From Lama glama (taxonomy: Eukaryota): 64,000 nt of DNA. Shown piece by piece: positions 38,328-51,832 of this stretch. Numbering within the stretch: the first letter of the stretch is position 1; every line of letters starts with the position of its first letter. Both the position numbers and the translations under genes were made by a program. The DNA is taken from positions 76,076,001 through 76,140,000 of the forward strand of contig CM052816.1 in assembly GCA_028534125.1 (NCBI GenBank), written 5' to 3'. Under the pieces are notes generated by a model. The model saw nothing but the letters and a program-made list of their open reading frames with translations, made no database searches and was not told the DNA's origin.

Positions 38328-38765
38328 TTTACAATGTTGCATTAAATTCCAGTGTGGAGCACAATTTTTCAGTTACACATGAACACACACATATTCATTG
38401 TCACATTTTTTTCACTGTGAGCTACCACAAGATCTTGTATATATTTCCCTGTGCTATACAGTATAATCATGTGTATCTATTCTACATATGCCTGTCAGTA
38501 TCTACAAATTTTGAAATCCCAGTCTGTCCCTTCCCACCCCCCGCCCCCTTGGTAACCACAAATTTGTATTCTGTGTCTATGAGTCTGTTTCTGTTTTGTG
38601 TTTATGTTCTTTTTTTTACATTCCGCATATGAGCGATCTCATATGGTATTTTTCTTTCTCTTTCTGGCTTACTTCACTTAGAATGACATTCTCTGGGGAC
38701 ATCCATGTTGCTGCAAATGGCATTATGTTGTCATTTTTTATGACTGAATATTATTCCATTGTATA
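38328..38765 (-). mobile_element. young camelid-like L1 3' end
   Basis: Reverse complement of the same 3'UTR type as 2309-2530. TSD-like AAAGACTT(A/G)AAAATTC at ~38309 and ~38766. Confidence 0.9.
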
Positions 38766-39500
38766 AAAGACTTGAAAATTCTTACTTTCATAATAGCAAT
38801 GAGAAACTAGACAAAAATCATCGGAATCAAAAATTTCAGAACCCTGGAAATTAATAAAAGTCATGTAGCAATCTGAAGTGTATTTATTCAAGAAAAGCAG
38901 CTGAATCTCAGTAAGAACAGAGAACTCTGTGATGTTTTAACTTATTGTAATCCTATCCTCTAGTTGCTAACTCTCTGGTAGCCTTGAAAGACATCACTGC
39001 GATCACAGTGACACCAGCAGCCTGACAGCAATATGGAGGGGATAGAAACGACCAATTGCCAGAGCACTGCCATTATTTGTCCTGTTTGGTGGCTCCTGGG
39101 GAAACCCCACTTGCGAGATTGTCTTTATTTGAACTCAGTCAGAGATCACTAATGCAAAAAATCTCTTCTCTGAGGGTGCTTGTTAAAAACAATTACAGGA
39201 AATTGCTTAATTTCACAGCTGCGTGAGGCAGTGGATAACTGTTGTGGCAAAAAAAAAAAAAATAGACTAGCCATAATACTGAAAAGGAAAATTGGGGGAA
39301 TAAGATTTCCATGGGGGCTTTAAAAAGTGCTAATATATTTCTGGGAGTCTGTAAGGCCATATACATACATAGGGATGTAAGCATGCTCAGAAAAGACCCA
39401 AGAGGGTCCTACATTTTCACCTCTCTTTCCTTTTGAGGCTCTGTACAAGCAGGAAGTGAAGATTAAGGCAGAGTTGTCAACTGCCTGGCTAAGAGTTGAA
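38766..39500 (+). mobile_element. ancient L1M 5' region
   Basis: ttcagaaccctggaaattaa...ttattcaagaaaagcagctgaatctcagtaagaacag resembles an old L1M 5' end. It probably starts near 38285 and is split by the young L1. Confidence 0.6.
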
Positions 39501-39769
39501 AAGTATTACTGGAACTTAGTGAGAATTGGAGCCATAGAGAAGGGGTCACCTAGTGGGAGCTTTTGTCTCCATTAGTCAAACCTAAGTGGAAGCCAGTTGG
39601 TAAGGCAATCTAGGATGGGTCCAAATTTAAGACAAGAATATGTATACAGATAGGTCTAGCTCTTGCTTGAGAACATTTGCCAATTAAGAAGAAATGGTGA
39701 CAGAGTTTCTTTTGTAAAATTGTTGGGCTCCAAGGGAAAATAAAGCCCTCAGAGAAACAAAATGATCAA

Positions 39770-41480
39770 CGGTCATCAGAGAGACTGGATGGTGGTGAGG
39801 AGATTGGCTACAAATGGACACAGGAACTTTTTGGTATAAGGGAAATATTTTATATCTTGACTGTGGTGTTAGTTAAATAATTGTCTATTTATTAAAACTC
39901 ATTCAGTTATACACTTAAAACTGGTAAATTTTTTGTATGGAAATGTGCCTCAATAACCTAGAGTTAAAAAAAAATGCCTTCTAAATAATAAGACAAAGAC
40001 ATGCAACCCAACTAAAAATGAGCAAGGAAATAAAATGGCAATTTATAGAAGAACTTTAATGGTCCTCCTTCACCCACCAAAAATAAGAAAGTACTCAAAC
40101 CTAGAATAATTAGTAATGTTTAACTTTGTACAACACTGGATAACACTTCACACCCTATTGACAAAAATTTTAAACATGTGTTGTGTAAATTGTGGAAAAA
40201 TTAGACCTCAGGACAGGAATATCATTTGGAAAAAACACTTAGGAAACAATAAAGGAGGATCTTGAAAATAATATATGTGCAGTCCATATGACCCAGCAAT
40301 TCCATTTCTTAGATATATACTGTGAAAAGATCTGTATCTCTATAGTAGGAAATCTGAATAAGGAGCTTATACTACCCTTGCATTTTTTTTTTCTGCTTTC
40401 ACTTTGCTGAATCTGTAAAAGATCTTCATATGACTGGTTCCCCTTTTCGTCAATGTTAGCACAAACATTGCTTCTACTGAGAGGCCTTCCATAACTATCC
40501 AATTTGAATTAGAACTTCTTCCAAACTAGCAGGACAGCAATGACCTTTTCTGCCTCCTTGTGTAAATGGGAACTCTAACAGAGCCTGGCACATTAGACAC
40601 TCAAATACTTAATGAGTAATAATATTGCTTGTTAAAGCAAAATACTGGGAACAAATTAAATGTACATCAGTATCGGATACTATTATATCACATACATACA
40701 GATACTATTATATCACATACAGAATAGTTAGAAATTAAAGAGCATGGGCTAGGTGAAAAACCTAGTGCTAAGTGAAATAAATCAACTTGTCAAATTGTAT
40801 GGTTCATATTAAATAAACCCTTAATGTAAATTTAAAAGCAGCATCCTTTAGACATTGCTGTTCAAAGTGTGTTCTGAGAATCAGTGTGGGTTTGTGAACA
40901 TTCCTGATTTTTCATAATGTGTTCAGAAATTTTATAGCTGTTGATATTGCCACAACATCCAAGTACCCATTCAGTGGCTTTGTCTCATTAAACAGTGAAG
41001 GTGTAGACTAGTTTAGTGTGACTGAACTCACTAGTGAATTGCATGTGGCTCAAGCTATGTGTCACATACATATGGTATCATCAGAGATTGTCTGCCGTAG
41101 ATTGTGGAAAACAGAAAAGTAAAATCTAAAACACTTGACCCTTTGCTATGTATAGATTGAGAACATGCCTTTCAAACAATATTCTATATTGTTAATGCTC
41201 ATGCCTATATCTGAGAAGTATGAACACTGAAAAAATAGGCACTAAATTCAAGACAGTGGCTGTAGGTATGTTCAGGATAGGTAGAAGAATGAGACTAGGA
41301 AATGGAAATAAATTAGGTTTTATGTTTGTCCAGCATGCTTTAATTTATTTATTGATAGAAAGATAAGGCAAATGTGACAAGCAGTTATTAATTCCAGGTA
41401 TAGGGGATTTGGATTTTTTTATATTGTGATTTATACTCTTATGCATTTTTTTCTCAAAATAAAACTAATAAAAAAAGAAA
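39770..41480 (+). mobile_element. fragmented ancient L1M/L1ME 3' regions
   Basis: atattttatatcttgactgtggtg, tatgacccagcaattccatttcttagatatatac, and A-rich ends at ~39970 and ~41475. Confidence 0.6.
40852..41166 (+). mobile_element. hAT-Charlie DNA transposon remnant (MER119-like)
   Basis: ttcaaagtgtgttc start, with internal agaaattttatagc...attgccacaacatccaag...gcatgtggctcaagct. Subfamily uncertain. Confidence 0.45.
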
Positions 41481-43852
41481 GGAATTCTTCCAAATTAGAA
41501 CAGGAAGTCAGTTGGTTCCAAGAAGAGTATCTTCAACAAGAGGAAAGGAATGGATCCTAGCAATGGAAAAATCAAGTAAAGAGCTGGAAAGCATTAATGA
41601 AATGGTGAAATAGCATCTGTTTCTTATCTCACAAAGGGGGGAAAAAGCCAGTTAGTTTCCAGGGGAAAATAAAAAGCTCCATGAGAAATACATGGTTCAG
41701 ATTTTAAGAAAATGATGATATAATTTTACAGCTCTAATGCAGTGTAAGGAAAGAGCCCTGGTCTTCTCAGTATAGGAACATCTTTAAATGGCACAAAGAT
41801 TGTGACACTTAACACAAAGAGAAAAAAAGGTTATCCCAAAGGTTGCTTGGTTCTGTAGTAAATATTTACATAGTCATGATAATGGAATTCATTGTTTTTC
41901 AACGTTAAAAATCCAAGAAAACAAATATGGATGATTTAAATACGGTGACAAAGTAGAATGTAAATGTTATCAACTTAGACAATATAAGAATAGAGACGTA
42001 ACTTCTCCTTTCTATAGCTTAGCGTTAGAAACAGATAGTTCAATAATTCGATGAAAGATTTGATGAATTAAGTTGGATGTCACTTGAATATCTATACGAA
42101 TTGTGGCCCTAATGTATAGAAATAATCTGAAAATAATTCATTATAAAGTTAGATAAAAAGTAGATTGGCTGAATCCATTGGGTGTTGAAGCAACTTGAGA
42201 GGAAGATCTCAAATAAAATATGTGAGATAAGACCAAGAAGAAACAAAGGAAAAAAATCAGAGAAAAACAAATATTTCACTTTTGAAAATCAGTTGTAGTG
42301 GGTAAAAATATCTTGGTTGCTTGGTAGAGGCAAGAACTCTAAAAGATGATGTGTAATCCATTTCCTTAAATTTACTTTTAATTATCAACCACAAACACCT
42401 TAGAACTACTAAGAATAACATTACTGTTGTGCATCAAGCAGTTTTAAAGTCTGCCTCTAGATTTGGGGGAAAAATTTCTTCTAGACATTGCCATTATCAT
42501 AAACTACTTTGTTGTGAATGTTATAGCTTGTTACAATATTAAATAGATGTACTTACAAGTCCAAGACCATTAATTGAAAATTCTTGTTTATTGTCACCGT
42601 AAACATATTTTCCACCATTCCAAAAGTTCCTAACAAGGGTTTTCATTAAATGAAGTCAAATATCATGAAAAATGGTAGGTATTAAATACTAGTTAAAATA
42701 TGGTGCATTAGAGAGCCATAAATCAGCAGAATAATAGTAGACATAAATAAATAGGTTTTCTTTCTAATGCATTCTTACAAGTATACAGTCAAATGGCATA
42801 GGAGGCTGCTGAATGTATTCATTTCGTTTTGTAATCTTCCACCCTTGTGTAAAGCCACAAGGACACAGGGCTGCTGCAGAGACTGCTGCTGTGGGTGTCT
42901 GATGGTCTGTAGTGTATCTTAAACCCAGAGTCTAATGTAAGTTTAGCTCATAGACACCCGTTAATCAGACTCCCGTTAACATTTGCAAAAGGGACTGTCT
43001 CGTGAATTATGCAGTGATTTCCACCCTGTGAAAAGAACTTTATAAAAGAAATGCTTGGAAAAGTACCAGTTTCATATGCCATTGTTTAAATGCCCTTAGG
43101 AACTGAAGGTTTTACAGACATCATTGCTGAAAAAAGTATTGTGAATGACTTTGAAGTGAGGTGTGTGTGTGTCATTAGCGAATTAGCAGAAACTACTTCT
43201 TACGTTCCTGGGCACAGTGAATCTTAGTAAAGAACAATGAGTCTACTGCAAAGATTAGCTGTTCCAAAATAAATTTCCCAAGGGGCTTGTGAGCCTCAGC
43301 TGGAGCTACATGACAATCTCACTTTATTGTGAAATAATATCCTATTAATTAAGAACTGAAGCACAAATCAGTGTACTGTCATCCAACCATCTCTAAGCTA
43401 AACATATTGCATAAATCAGTAGCCTGACTTTTCCAAAATACAACACTTGTTTTTAAACATTTTACTTTTAAAAAGTTGTCAGAAAGTCAAGGCACAATTC
43501 ATGAGCAGAATGTAGTGGGACAAACATCAGAAAGGTCTGATTTCTCAAAGCTTAGTCTATCCACAAGCTGACTGAGTGACTCTGGCAAACTGTTTTTCTC
43601 TGATAAGCTTTAGCTTCCATTAGTTTTGTTGCACCATATAATTTTTTAAGATCTCATCCAGCTCTCAAATTCTATTAAAGTGTATGATATGGGATTGCAA
43701 TATTTGACTGATTTTTGGCTTCAGAATGCCTATATCATGTGGTTCAACCTAAATGATTATAATCTTGAGGGGATTTATTGATTCCTGTAAAAATTTCCTT
43801 TGAGACTTTTTGATGTGGAAGATTGAATATCCTAACTTACGAGTAAAAGTAA

Positions 43853-44321
43853 TGTAACCAAGCAGAAGGCCTCATGTGCCCCTGGCACAGAAAACCAAAC
43901 TGTGACAGCAAAGTAAGGGTTTATTGTAGGGTGCCAAGCAAGGGAGTGGGAGACAAGCCTCAGACCCACTCCTACTTGGTCTTTGAGTAAAGGGTCTCTA
44001 AGAGCGGAAGAACAAAGAAGCTGGGGTTAGTCATCATCTTGTGACATTTCTTCATTGTAGTTTCAGGAGTTAGGATGTCTGTGGTTTATGGTGGCCCATG
44101 GTGTGGGGCTCTATGAGCTCATCTTGCCCTGGAGAAAATCTGAATTTGTATATTAATGATGTTATTGACAACAGCAATTTTAGTCACCTGACTCTTGTTG
44201 ATTAGTGTTTAGTTAGCACAGAATTAAGGTCAGAGGGGACAAGAAAGGGAATGAAATTTTGGAGAGAGATGTTAATCATAAACTCAGCAGGAGAACTTGG
44301 TTTTAGGGGAACTTGGTTTCA
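43853..44321 (-). mobile_element. ERV1 3' LTR
   Basis: TGAAACCAAG...CTTGGTTACA termini, AATAAA at 43925-43920, preceded by the PPT AAAACAGGAGTGGGAAT (44338-44322). Confidence 0.9.
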
Positions 44322-44539
44322 ATTCCCACTCCTGTTTTAATTTTCCCCAAATCTTTGAGAGAAAGGGGTGACAATTGCTCTGGCTACTTCTTGCTGAAAC
44401 AGGGTATAGTTCTGTCTCAATTTGTTGAATGGAAATGCTGTTCACAAACTTGCAAGTATTCCTAAGTTCTAAGTTATGGATTTGAGTCTTACATGATTAA
44501 GATTTTAGTCCCTTGATATACCCTTTTGGTGCAATAGCT

Positions 44540-44915
44540 TAAAGCACATTTATAATCAGGGACCTAATTAGAAGTAAGAATAAGAGTGATAACCTGAACT
44601 TTAATAAACCTTGGAAAATAGATCTTATTCCCTGGGAAATCCAGGAGAGTAGTTCTGAAAACCAATATGGATCTGGCACTTCTGGGGAGACTTGTAGCCA
44701 GTTGCCTTATTCTATCTAAGTAGGTTTTTAACTTCTGAAGTGGTGTATATATATAAAACAGGAGCTATTGGCTACAACATACATGTCTCCTTTTTCTGCT
44801 AAAATCTAGTAAAAAGCAATTTTATTATATAGTACTATGCTGGCTAAAGAATCTAGTTCCTTCTACTGGGAGGCTGTGGCTTGAGCTGTCTCATTTGTTT
44901 CTATCCCCAAAGTAA
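44540..44915 (-). pseudogene. env: ERV env TM remnant (heptad, ISU and TM)
   Basis: TAQATASQ*KELDSLASIVLYNKIAFY*ILAEKGDMYVVANSSCFIYI matches the gamma-type ISU/CX6CC region. It is followed by WFSELLSWI...LSLLFLLLI. Confidence 0.85.
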
Positions 44916-45819
44916 GAAAAAATTTAACAGTTACAAGAGAACTTAGAACCCTAAGGTTGTAGTTGGCAGCTGCTAGCAGCTATTGTTTTGAAATGACTGA
45001 TGCTGTCCTTGAGCATGATGCAGTAATACAGGAACATGTCTGAAGCCATATCCACAATGATCACTCAGATCTATTTTGGATGCCTGGACTACAGTTACTG
45101 TGTTTTGATTTTTTAAATGCATTATTTTCCTTAATGGTTAAAGCAGATCTACAGAGGATATTTGTTAGGCCACAAAACAGGTTGTTCTGGTTAGCATAAA
45201 GTTTAAGTCAAATCATGTGTAAGCTAGAATGAGTTCCCCGTAACTCAAAATGTGAAAACTTCTTCTATCATTTCCCTTTCTATTTGCAGATCTATTTGCA
45301 GTAGAAAGCATTGATGAGCAAAATACCTGTCCCTCAATGTCAGGATGCATGCCTTGGGGCCATTGTGTCCCTCAGTGCTCAGTCTCCTTTTTGAATATAT
45401 GTGTGTGTGTATGTGTGTATTTGCTTAGTTATCCATGTTAGGGAAAAACTAATCAGACATAGTAAATAAGCTCAGAGGTATGCTAATGGGGAAATGTTTT
45501 GTAGGCTATATAATTTATCAGTTATACAAAATTCTCACATAAACATTGTACATGTGCAGCAGACTTAAAGCAGGCAGTGATACATGAGTAGTTAGATTCT
45601 GTAGGAACTTCACTAGAGAATTTTCTTTTCATCCTAAAGGGGCAACAGTATAGTTAGAAGCAAAACAGTAACTTTTAATTTTGATAAGGAGAAAAATATT
45701 TGGTAAACAGTTCTGTTGAATTAATAGAATGTGCCTTACAGACCAGATCTGGCTTGATGGACTGGTTGTCTACCACTGCTGTCATTTTCTTCTTGTCCTG
45801 GTGTGGGTGTTGTTTGGGG

Positions 45820-46030
45820 TCAGCAGTCCTTTGTATAGACCAGTTTGGTACAGAGGTCCTTTTTAAGTGGGAAATATGAATTTGAGTCAACTTCCTTCAG
45901 TTTTACTGAGCATGAGCTAGTTAAGAGTACTTGATCAGGGTTTCTTCATCTAGGTTAAAGAAAGGGTCCTTTAAATGATGTCTTTTCCAGTATGCATGGT
46001 CACCTAGTTGTGGGTCATGGAGCATCTGAT
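45820..46030 (-). pseudogene. pol: ERV pol integrase C-terminal remnant
   Basis: HDPQLGDHAYWKRHHLK..PR*RNPDQVLLTSSCSVKLKEVDS/IHISHLKR resembles the gammaretroviral GPY/F region. Confidence 0.75.
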
Positions 46031-49000
46031 CTTCATCCAAAGATACTTAAGTTTCAAAAGTGAACTTAGAATGTCCTTTATTAATTCAGTTAAACTTTTT
46101 AAGAATGTAACATAGCAATAAGAAGCCATCTGGGATGCAGGTAATAAATACAAAACTTCAGTAGATACATAACCTCAAAGACAATTAGCACTAAAACCCA
46201 ACATCCACCAAAACAGTCTTTGTCTCTCTAAAATTACCCCCATTCCTACCAAATATAGCCAAATTAAGATTAATTTGTTTGCAAAATAAGTCTGGTTTCA
46301 TTAAACTTGGCCTGATTATATATGTAAGTGTAATTGATCATATATCCATGCTGAAATTAATCCCTTTTAAATTACCCATGCTGAAACTTTTCATAAAGAA
46401 TCTCAGATTGAACTTTTAAAAGGACTCTCAAGGCAGAGAAAGCTATGCCAAGGGTTGGCCATCAGATTCTCTTACGATATTTATAGATTTGGCTGACTTC
46501 CTCTCTTCTTGAGTTCCCCCAAATAACCTGAGATTCCTGTACCAGTCAGGAACAGGAATTTCTGGAGGGATCAGGTAGAGAGAAGAGAAAACCATTCTGA
46601 TTTTGCTTACAAAGGTATAATTTACCAAATTGTCTTAATCAGAAATGACTTAATGGGAAAGGTTTTCTTTTATCTGGAAAGCACATATGAAAAGCCATAA
46701 ATATTTCAGACAAAAAACATAAAAATTATAATCATATTCATCAGTTCACTCAGTCTTATGTAACTAATCCTTGATCTTAATCTCTTGTTAACACTTTTTG
46801 AAGCCAACAGTTTTTCCATTGGAATTCTTTAATTTCTTACCCAGTTCAGTGGTATAATCTGAAACTTTTCAGAAACTTGTATTGACAAAAAGTCCTTTCT
46901 GTGAATCTTTCTGAAGGTGAAGCATTTTTGCAAAAGCATCAGAGTGAAACAGTAATTGTCTATGAATGACAAAAGACTTAAAAAGAGTTAAAAATTGATT
47001 ACAATGTACTTGACAGAGAAACTTAGTTATTGCTGTGATATATGACATTTTAAGATAAGAACTAGAATTATGACTGATAACATTTTATCAGTACATACTA
47101 GAGTTTTTAGAAATTTCATATTAGTTCTAGAACATTTATATTAATGACATTTACCCACATAGCATAAACTAAGTTTTACCACCAATCATTTGATAATGCT
47201 TCCCATATAATTTATTGTATCTGATAATCTTAATAAGTTTACCATTTTTCTCTGAGATGCTTTAGAGCTCCTTTAAAGCATCCCAAAGTTAGCTAGAGGT
47301 GAAAAGACCTTCAGTTAGAATTTGATCCTTGGGAAGTTTGTCAAAAATGTCAAAAAGGCTTTAAAACACCTGATCAAATAGGATGATGGATTCACTGTGA
47401 AACAATACTTATTCACTTAACCAAAGTGACAAGAAAAGCTTTCAAGGGCAAATATAACAACAAAACAGTTATAACAGATCACTTAAAAGACAAGGAAACT
47501 CATAGTCTGTTATCAAAAGCAGCTCCACATTACAAGAAAACTTTGTTCTCTTAACCAATAGAAAATCAGATTCAGGTTTTTGTACCGCTTTACCTTTAAC
47601 ATTCAAATTCATTTACTCAATTAAATTTATTCTATTCTTAGTTAGTGCTGACCACACGTAGAATTCATTCTAAAGATAATTTTTCCTCACAAACTTTCTA
47701 CAACTTTATGTATCCATTTTGATTTATTCCTTATTTTCTTTCCTGTTTAGAAATAACCAGCTTTAGCCTTTTCCCTTAACAAAATGCATTTTCATTTCTT
47801 AAAACTTCTTTTCTTACATACAAAGATGTTTTCCTTATTACTTTTTTGTTTTAATTCCACATATTAATTAGAAGTCTAAACTCATAAAAACCTTAATTTC
47901 TAGTTAAAACTAAGGAGTAAGCAGTTACGACTGTCTTTTACATTAGCATTCTGTAGATTGGCAAATTTATAGATACTATTTGTACTTTCTAAAAACATGT
48001 GATTTTGTATAGAATATTTCTCAGTGTGACACCAAAGATATTTATTAATAGTTATAAATATCTTTACTTTCTCTGTAAAAGGACACTAGTGTTCAGTAAT
48101 TAATGTTCTAGTATCTTACTTCATTTGGAAATTACCTAAATATTTAATAAATATCCATATTCAGTTTAGTGTAACAAAATTCTAAAGTTTCAAGTAATCA
48201 GAATCTAAAGATACTATTTTAAGAAGATATTTCTAAAAATATTACTTCTAGAAATTTACCTTAAAGTTCTTATCTTATTTACATTTGATATACTTATGAA
48301 AATTTCATTATATCAAGTTAATTTTCTAGCTGAGAAATTTGCAGCAGTTGTAGTAAGATTTTATTTGATTTCTGGTAAATCTAGGTACAAGTATTATACT
48401 CGATGAATCTATAGACATGCCTATATTAATTAATTTAACAAGTTTTAACTTTAATACCAGATATTAATTTAATATTGAATATTTCCCAGATCATGTGAAC
48501 TTGAAATTCATTTGGGTTCATTTCTTTTATATTCCTGAGAATTTAAGTAAGTGCCTAATTTCCTTTAATCCAACTAAATATAGCTCATTTACAAATTAAT
48601 TTTGATTAATACCATCCAAAGGTAAAGATGTATCTTTATAATGCAAATATAGACATATAGACAGACACAGCCAGAGATCTTTGTAGCTTCATTTTTGAAA
48701 CTGAGTCATGAATCAGGTATTACAATATAAAACTCAGTAGTTTATAAATAATAGAATAAATTAAGTTTAAAAAAGGTCTCACCCCCTTGTCCCCCCTCAC
48801 TTTCAAGAACTGGAGATGGTCTAGAAAAGAGTAAGATAAGAGTTTCTGAGAGCCCTGGTAGAACATTTAAATCTCAGAGTCACAGGGAAAGAAAAGCAAG
48901 TTCCTCCTGCAAGGACTTGTTCCCTTAGGGTCAGAATTCTGAAAAGATGTTTTATCAAGCCAGCAACCCAGTTTTGTAATTCAAATCAGCCCCTTCTTGG

Positions 49001-49601
49001 GCATTTTCCTCCAGCATCTGAAGAATATTATGGCCAGGTGGTGTTACAAAAAACAAACAAACAAACAAACAAACAAAAAACCCATCATTTTGGCTTTAGT
49101 CACGGAACCATAATTAAAGATCATCAAATTTTGCAGGATGAATCCTAAAGGGCTATTTTTCGGAGCCAAATTTTTGTTTCCCATGTCTGCCAATTAAAAT
49201 AGTGCACCTTCTTTAGCACAAATATTCACTCACACACACAAAGACAAAAGTCAAACCAATTCCAAAAACAACCTTAGGCTCACTCTTTTATTGAACACAA
49301 TCCCTCCTCCCGATACCCAGCAATGGGCCCAAGAGGGCATAAATGTATAATAATAAAAGTTTTCAGCCTGCACCATCTTGCTGGTTGCTTATCAATAGAT
49401 GTTTTCCAATTCAAAAAATTGTTCCTTTACTGCAAGCCTGGAATATTGCCTAGGGTTGCTGACAGTTAAGAAGGGAAGTAATTCCCTGGTTGGATCCCAG
49501 GCCAGAGGGGCCTGGGCAGTGGCTGGAATCTTCTAAGGGAAAGCCTCACACTGGCAGAGGGCTAGCAGACTATGGGCACTAACCTCAGAGGAACGTGAAA
49601 G

Positions 49602-49619
49602 GTCCTTTTGTGGTCACCA
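49602..49619 (-). other. primer binding site, tRNA-Arg type
   Basis: TGGTGACCACAAAAGGAC lies 3 nt after the 5' LTR. It is 15/18 identical to the ERV9-type Arg PBS TGGCGACCACGAAGGGAC, and two of the differences are CpG decay. Confidence 0.75.
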
Positions 49620-49622
49620 AAT

Positions 49623-49810
49623 TGTAACCAAGCCAAAGGACTTGTGTGCTCCTGTTACAGAAAGCTAAACTCAGACATCGGGTGTTTGCAGCAAAGTAAA
49701 ATTTGGTTGCAGGGCACCTGTCAAAGTAGTGGGAGACAAGCCTTAGATTTACTCCTACTTGGTCATTGAGTTTGGGCTTTTAAAAGAGGAAGGACAAAGA
49801 AGCTGGGGTA
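49623..49810 (-). mobile_element. ERV1 5' LTR (R-U5 side only)
   Basis: Aligns by eye to 43853-44028 at roughly three-quarters identity. Truncated at the L1 junction. Confidence 0.88.
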
Positions 49811-51830
49811 CCAGCTCCTTCCCCTGGTAACCATAAGTTTGTTTTCTATGCCTGTGAGTCTGTTTCTGTTTTGTAAATAAGTTCGTTTGTGTCTTTTTTT
49901 CAGATTCTGCATATGAGTGATGCCATATGGTATTTTTGTTTCTCTTTCTGGCTTACTTCACTTAGAAAGACAGTCTCTACATCCATCCATGTTGCTGCAA
50001 ATGGCATTATTTTATTCTTTTTTATGACTGAGTAGTATTCTGTTGTATAAATACACCACAACTTCTTTATACAGTCATCTGTCGATGGACATTTAGGTTG
50101 TTTCCATGTCTTGGCTATTGTAAATAGTGCTGCTATGAACATTGGGGTGCATGTTTCTTTTTGAATTAAGGTTTCTTCCAGATATATGCCCAGGAGTGGG
50201 ATTGCTGTATCATATGGTAAGTCTATTTAGTCTTTTGAGGAATCTCCATATTGTTTTTCATAATGGCTTTATCAAACTACATTCCCACCAACAGTGTAGG
50301 AAGGTTCCTTTTTCTCCACAGCCTCTCCAGCAGTTATCGTTTGTGGACTTTTGAATGATTGCCACTCTGAGTGGTGTGAGGTCATACCTCATTGTATTTT
50401 GATTTGCATTTCTCTGAAAATTAGTGATATTAGGCATTTTTTCACGTGCCTATTAGCCATTTGTATGTTTTCATTGGAGAATTGCTTGTTTAGGTCTTCT
50501 GTCCATTTTTGGATTGGGCTGTTTGTTTTTTGCTATTAAGTTGTATAAGCTGTTTATATATTCTGGAAATTAAGTCTCATCTTTCGCAAGTATTTTCTCC
50601 CATTCTGTAGGTTGTCTTTTTGTTTTGCTTATGGGTCTTTTGCTGTGCAAAACTTGTAAGTTTAATTAGGTCCCATTTGTTTATTTTTGCTTTTATTTCT
50701 ATTGCCTGGGTAGACTTCCCTAGGAGAACATTGCTAAGATTTATGTCAGAGAATGTTTTGCCTATATTTTCTTCTAAGAGGCTTATAGTGTCTTGTATTA
50801 TATTTAAGTCTTTAAGCCATTTTGAGTTTATTTTTGTGTCTGGTGTGAGGGAGCATTCTAACTTCATTGATTTACATGTGGCTATCCAGTTTTCTGAACA
50901 TCACTTGCTGAAGAGACTGGCTTTTTCCCATTGTATATTCTTGCCTCCTTTGTTGAAGATTAAGTAGCCATAAGTCTGTGGGTTTATTTCTGAACTCCTT
51001 ATTCTGTTCCATTGATCCATATGTCTGTTTTTGTGTTAATACCACACTGTTTTGATTACTGTAGCTCTGTAGTATTGTCTGAAGTTTGGGATGGTTATTC
51101 CTCCAGCTTCGTTCTTTTTCTTCAGTATTGCTTTGGCAATTCTCGGTCTCTTTTGATTCCGTATAAATTTTAGGATTATTTGTTCTAGTTCTGTGAAAAA
51201 TGTCCTGGGTAGTTTGATAGGGATCACATTAAATCTGTAGGTTGCTTTGGGTAGTATGGCCATTTTAACAATATTAATTCTTCCAATCCAAGAGCATGGG
51301 ATATCTTTCCATTTCTTTAAAGTGATCTTTAATTTCCTTAACCTATATTTTATAATTCTCCATGTATAAGTCTTATAACTCCTTGGTCAGATTGATATCT
51401 AAGTGTATTATTTTGGATGCAATTTTAAAAGAGATTATTTCTTTACTTTCTGATATTTCATTGTGTAAAGAAATGCAACTGGTTTCTGTATGTTAATCTT
51501 GTATCCTGGTACCTTGCCAATTCTTTTATCAACTCTAGTAGTTTTCATGTGGAGCCTTTAGGGTTTTCTATATACAGTATCATGTCATCTGCGTATAGTG
51601 ACAATTTTACCTCTTCTCTTCCAATTTGGATCCCTTTTATTTCTCTTTCTTGTCTAATTGCTATGGCTGGGACTTCTAACATTGTATCGAATAGAAGTGG
51701 TGAGAGTGGGCACCCTTGCCTTGTTCCGATTTTAGTGGGAAGGCTTCCAACATTTCACTGTTGAGTATTATGCTGGCTGTAGGTTTGTTATAAATAGCTT
51801 TTATTATGTTGAGATATGTTCCCTCAATAC
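49811..51830 (-). mobile_element. L1 (ORF2 3' half), 5'-truncated and missing its 3' terminus and tail
   Basis: Minus ORFs [32 protein letters not shown] and [19 protein letters not shown] are L1 ORF2p. Confidence 0.95.
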
Positions 51831-51832
51831 AC

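Larger units (their letters stand above)
43853..49810 (-). mobile_element. degenerate ERV1 (class I, MER4-group-like) provirus
   Basis: Two homologous LTRs (43853-44321 complete, 49623-49810 partial), a PBS, a PPT, and pol-IN and env-TM remnants in the correct order on the minus strand. Confidence 0.9.

Noticed and set aside
44540..44915. Domesticated syncytin-like env
   Set aside because: Multiple stops, a frameshift, and loss of the CX6CC cysteines.
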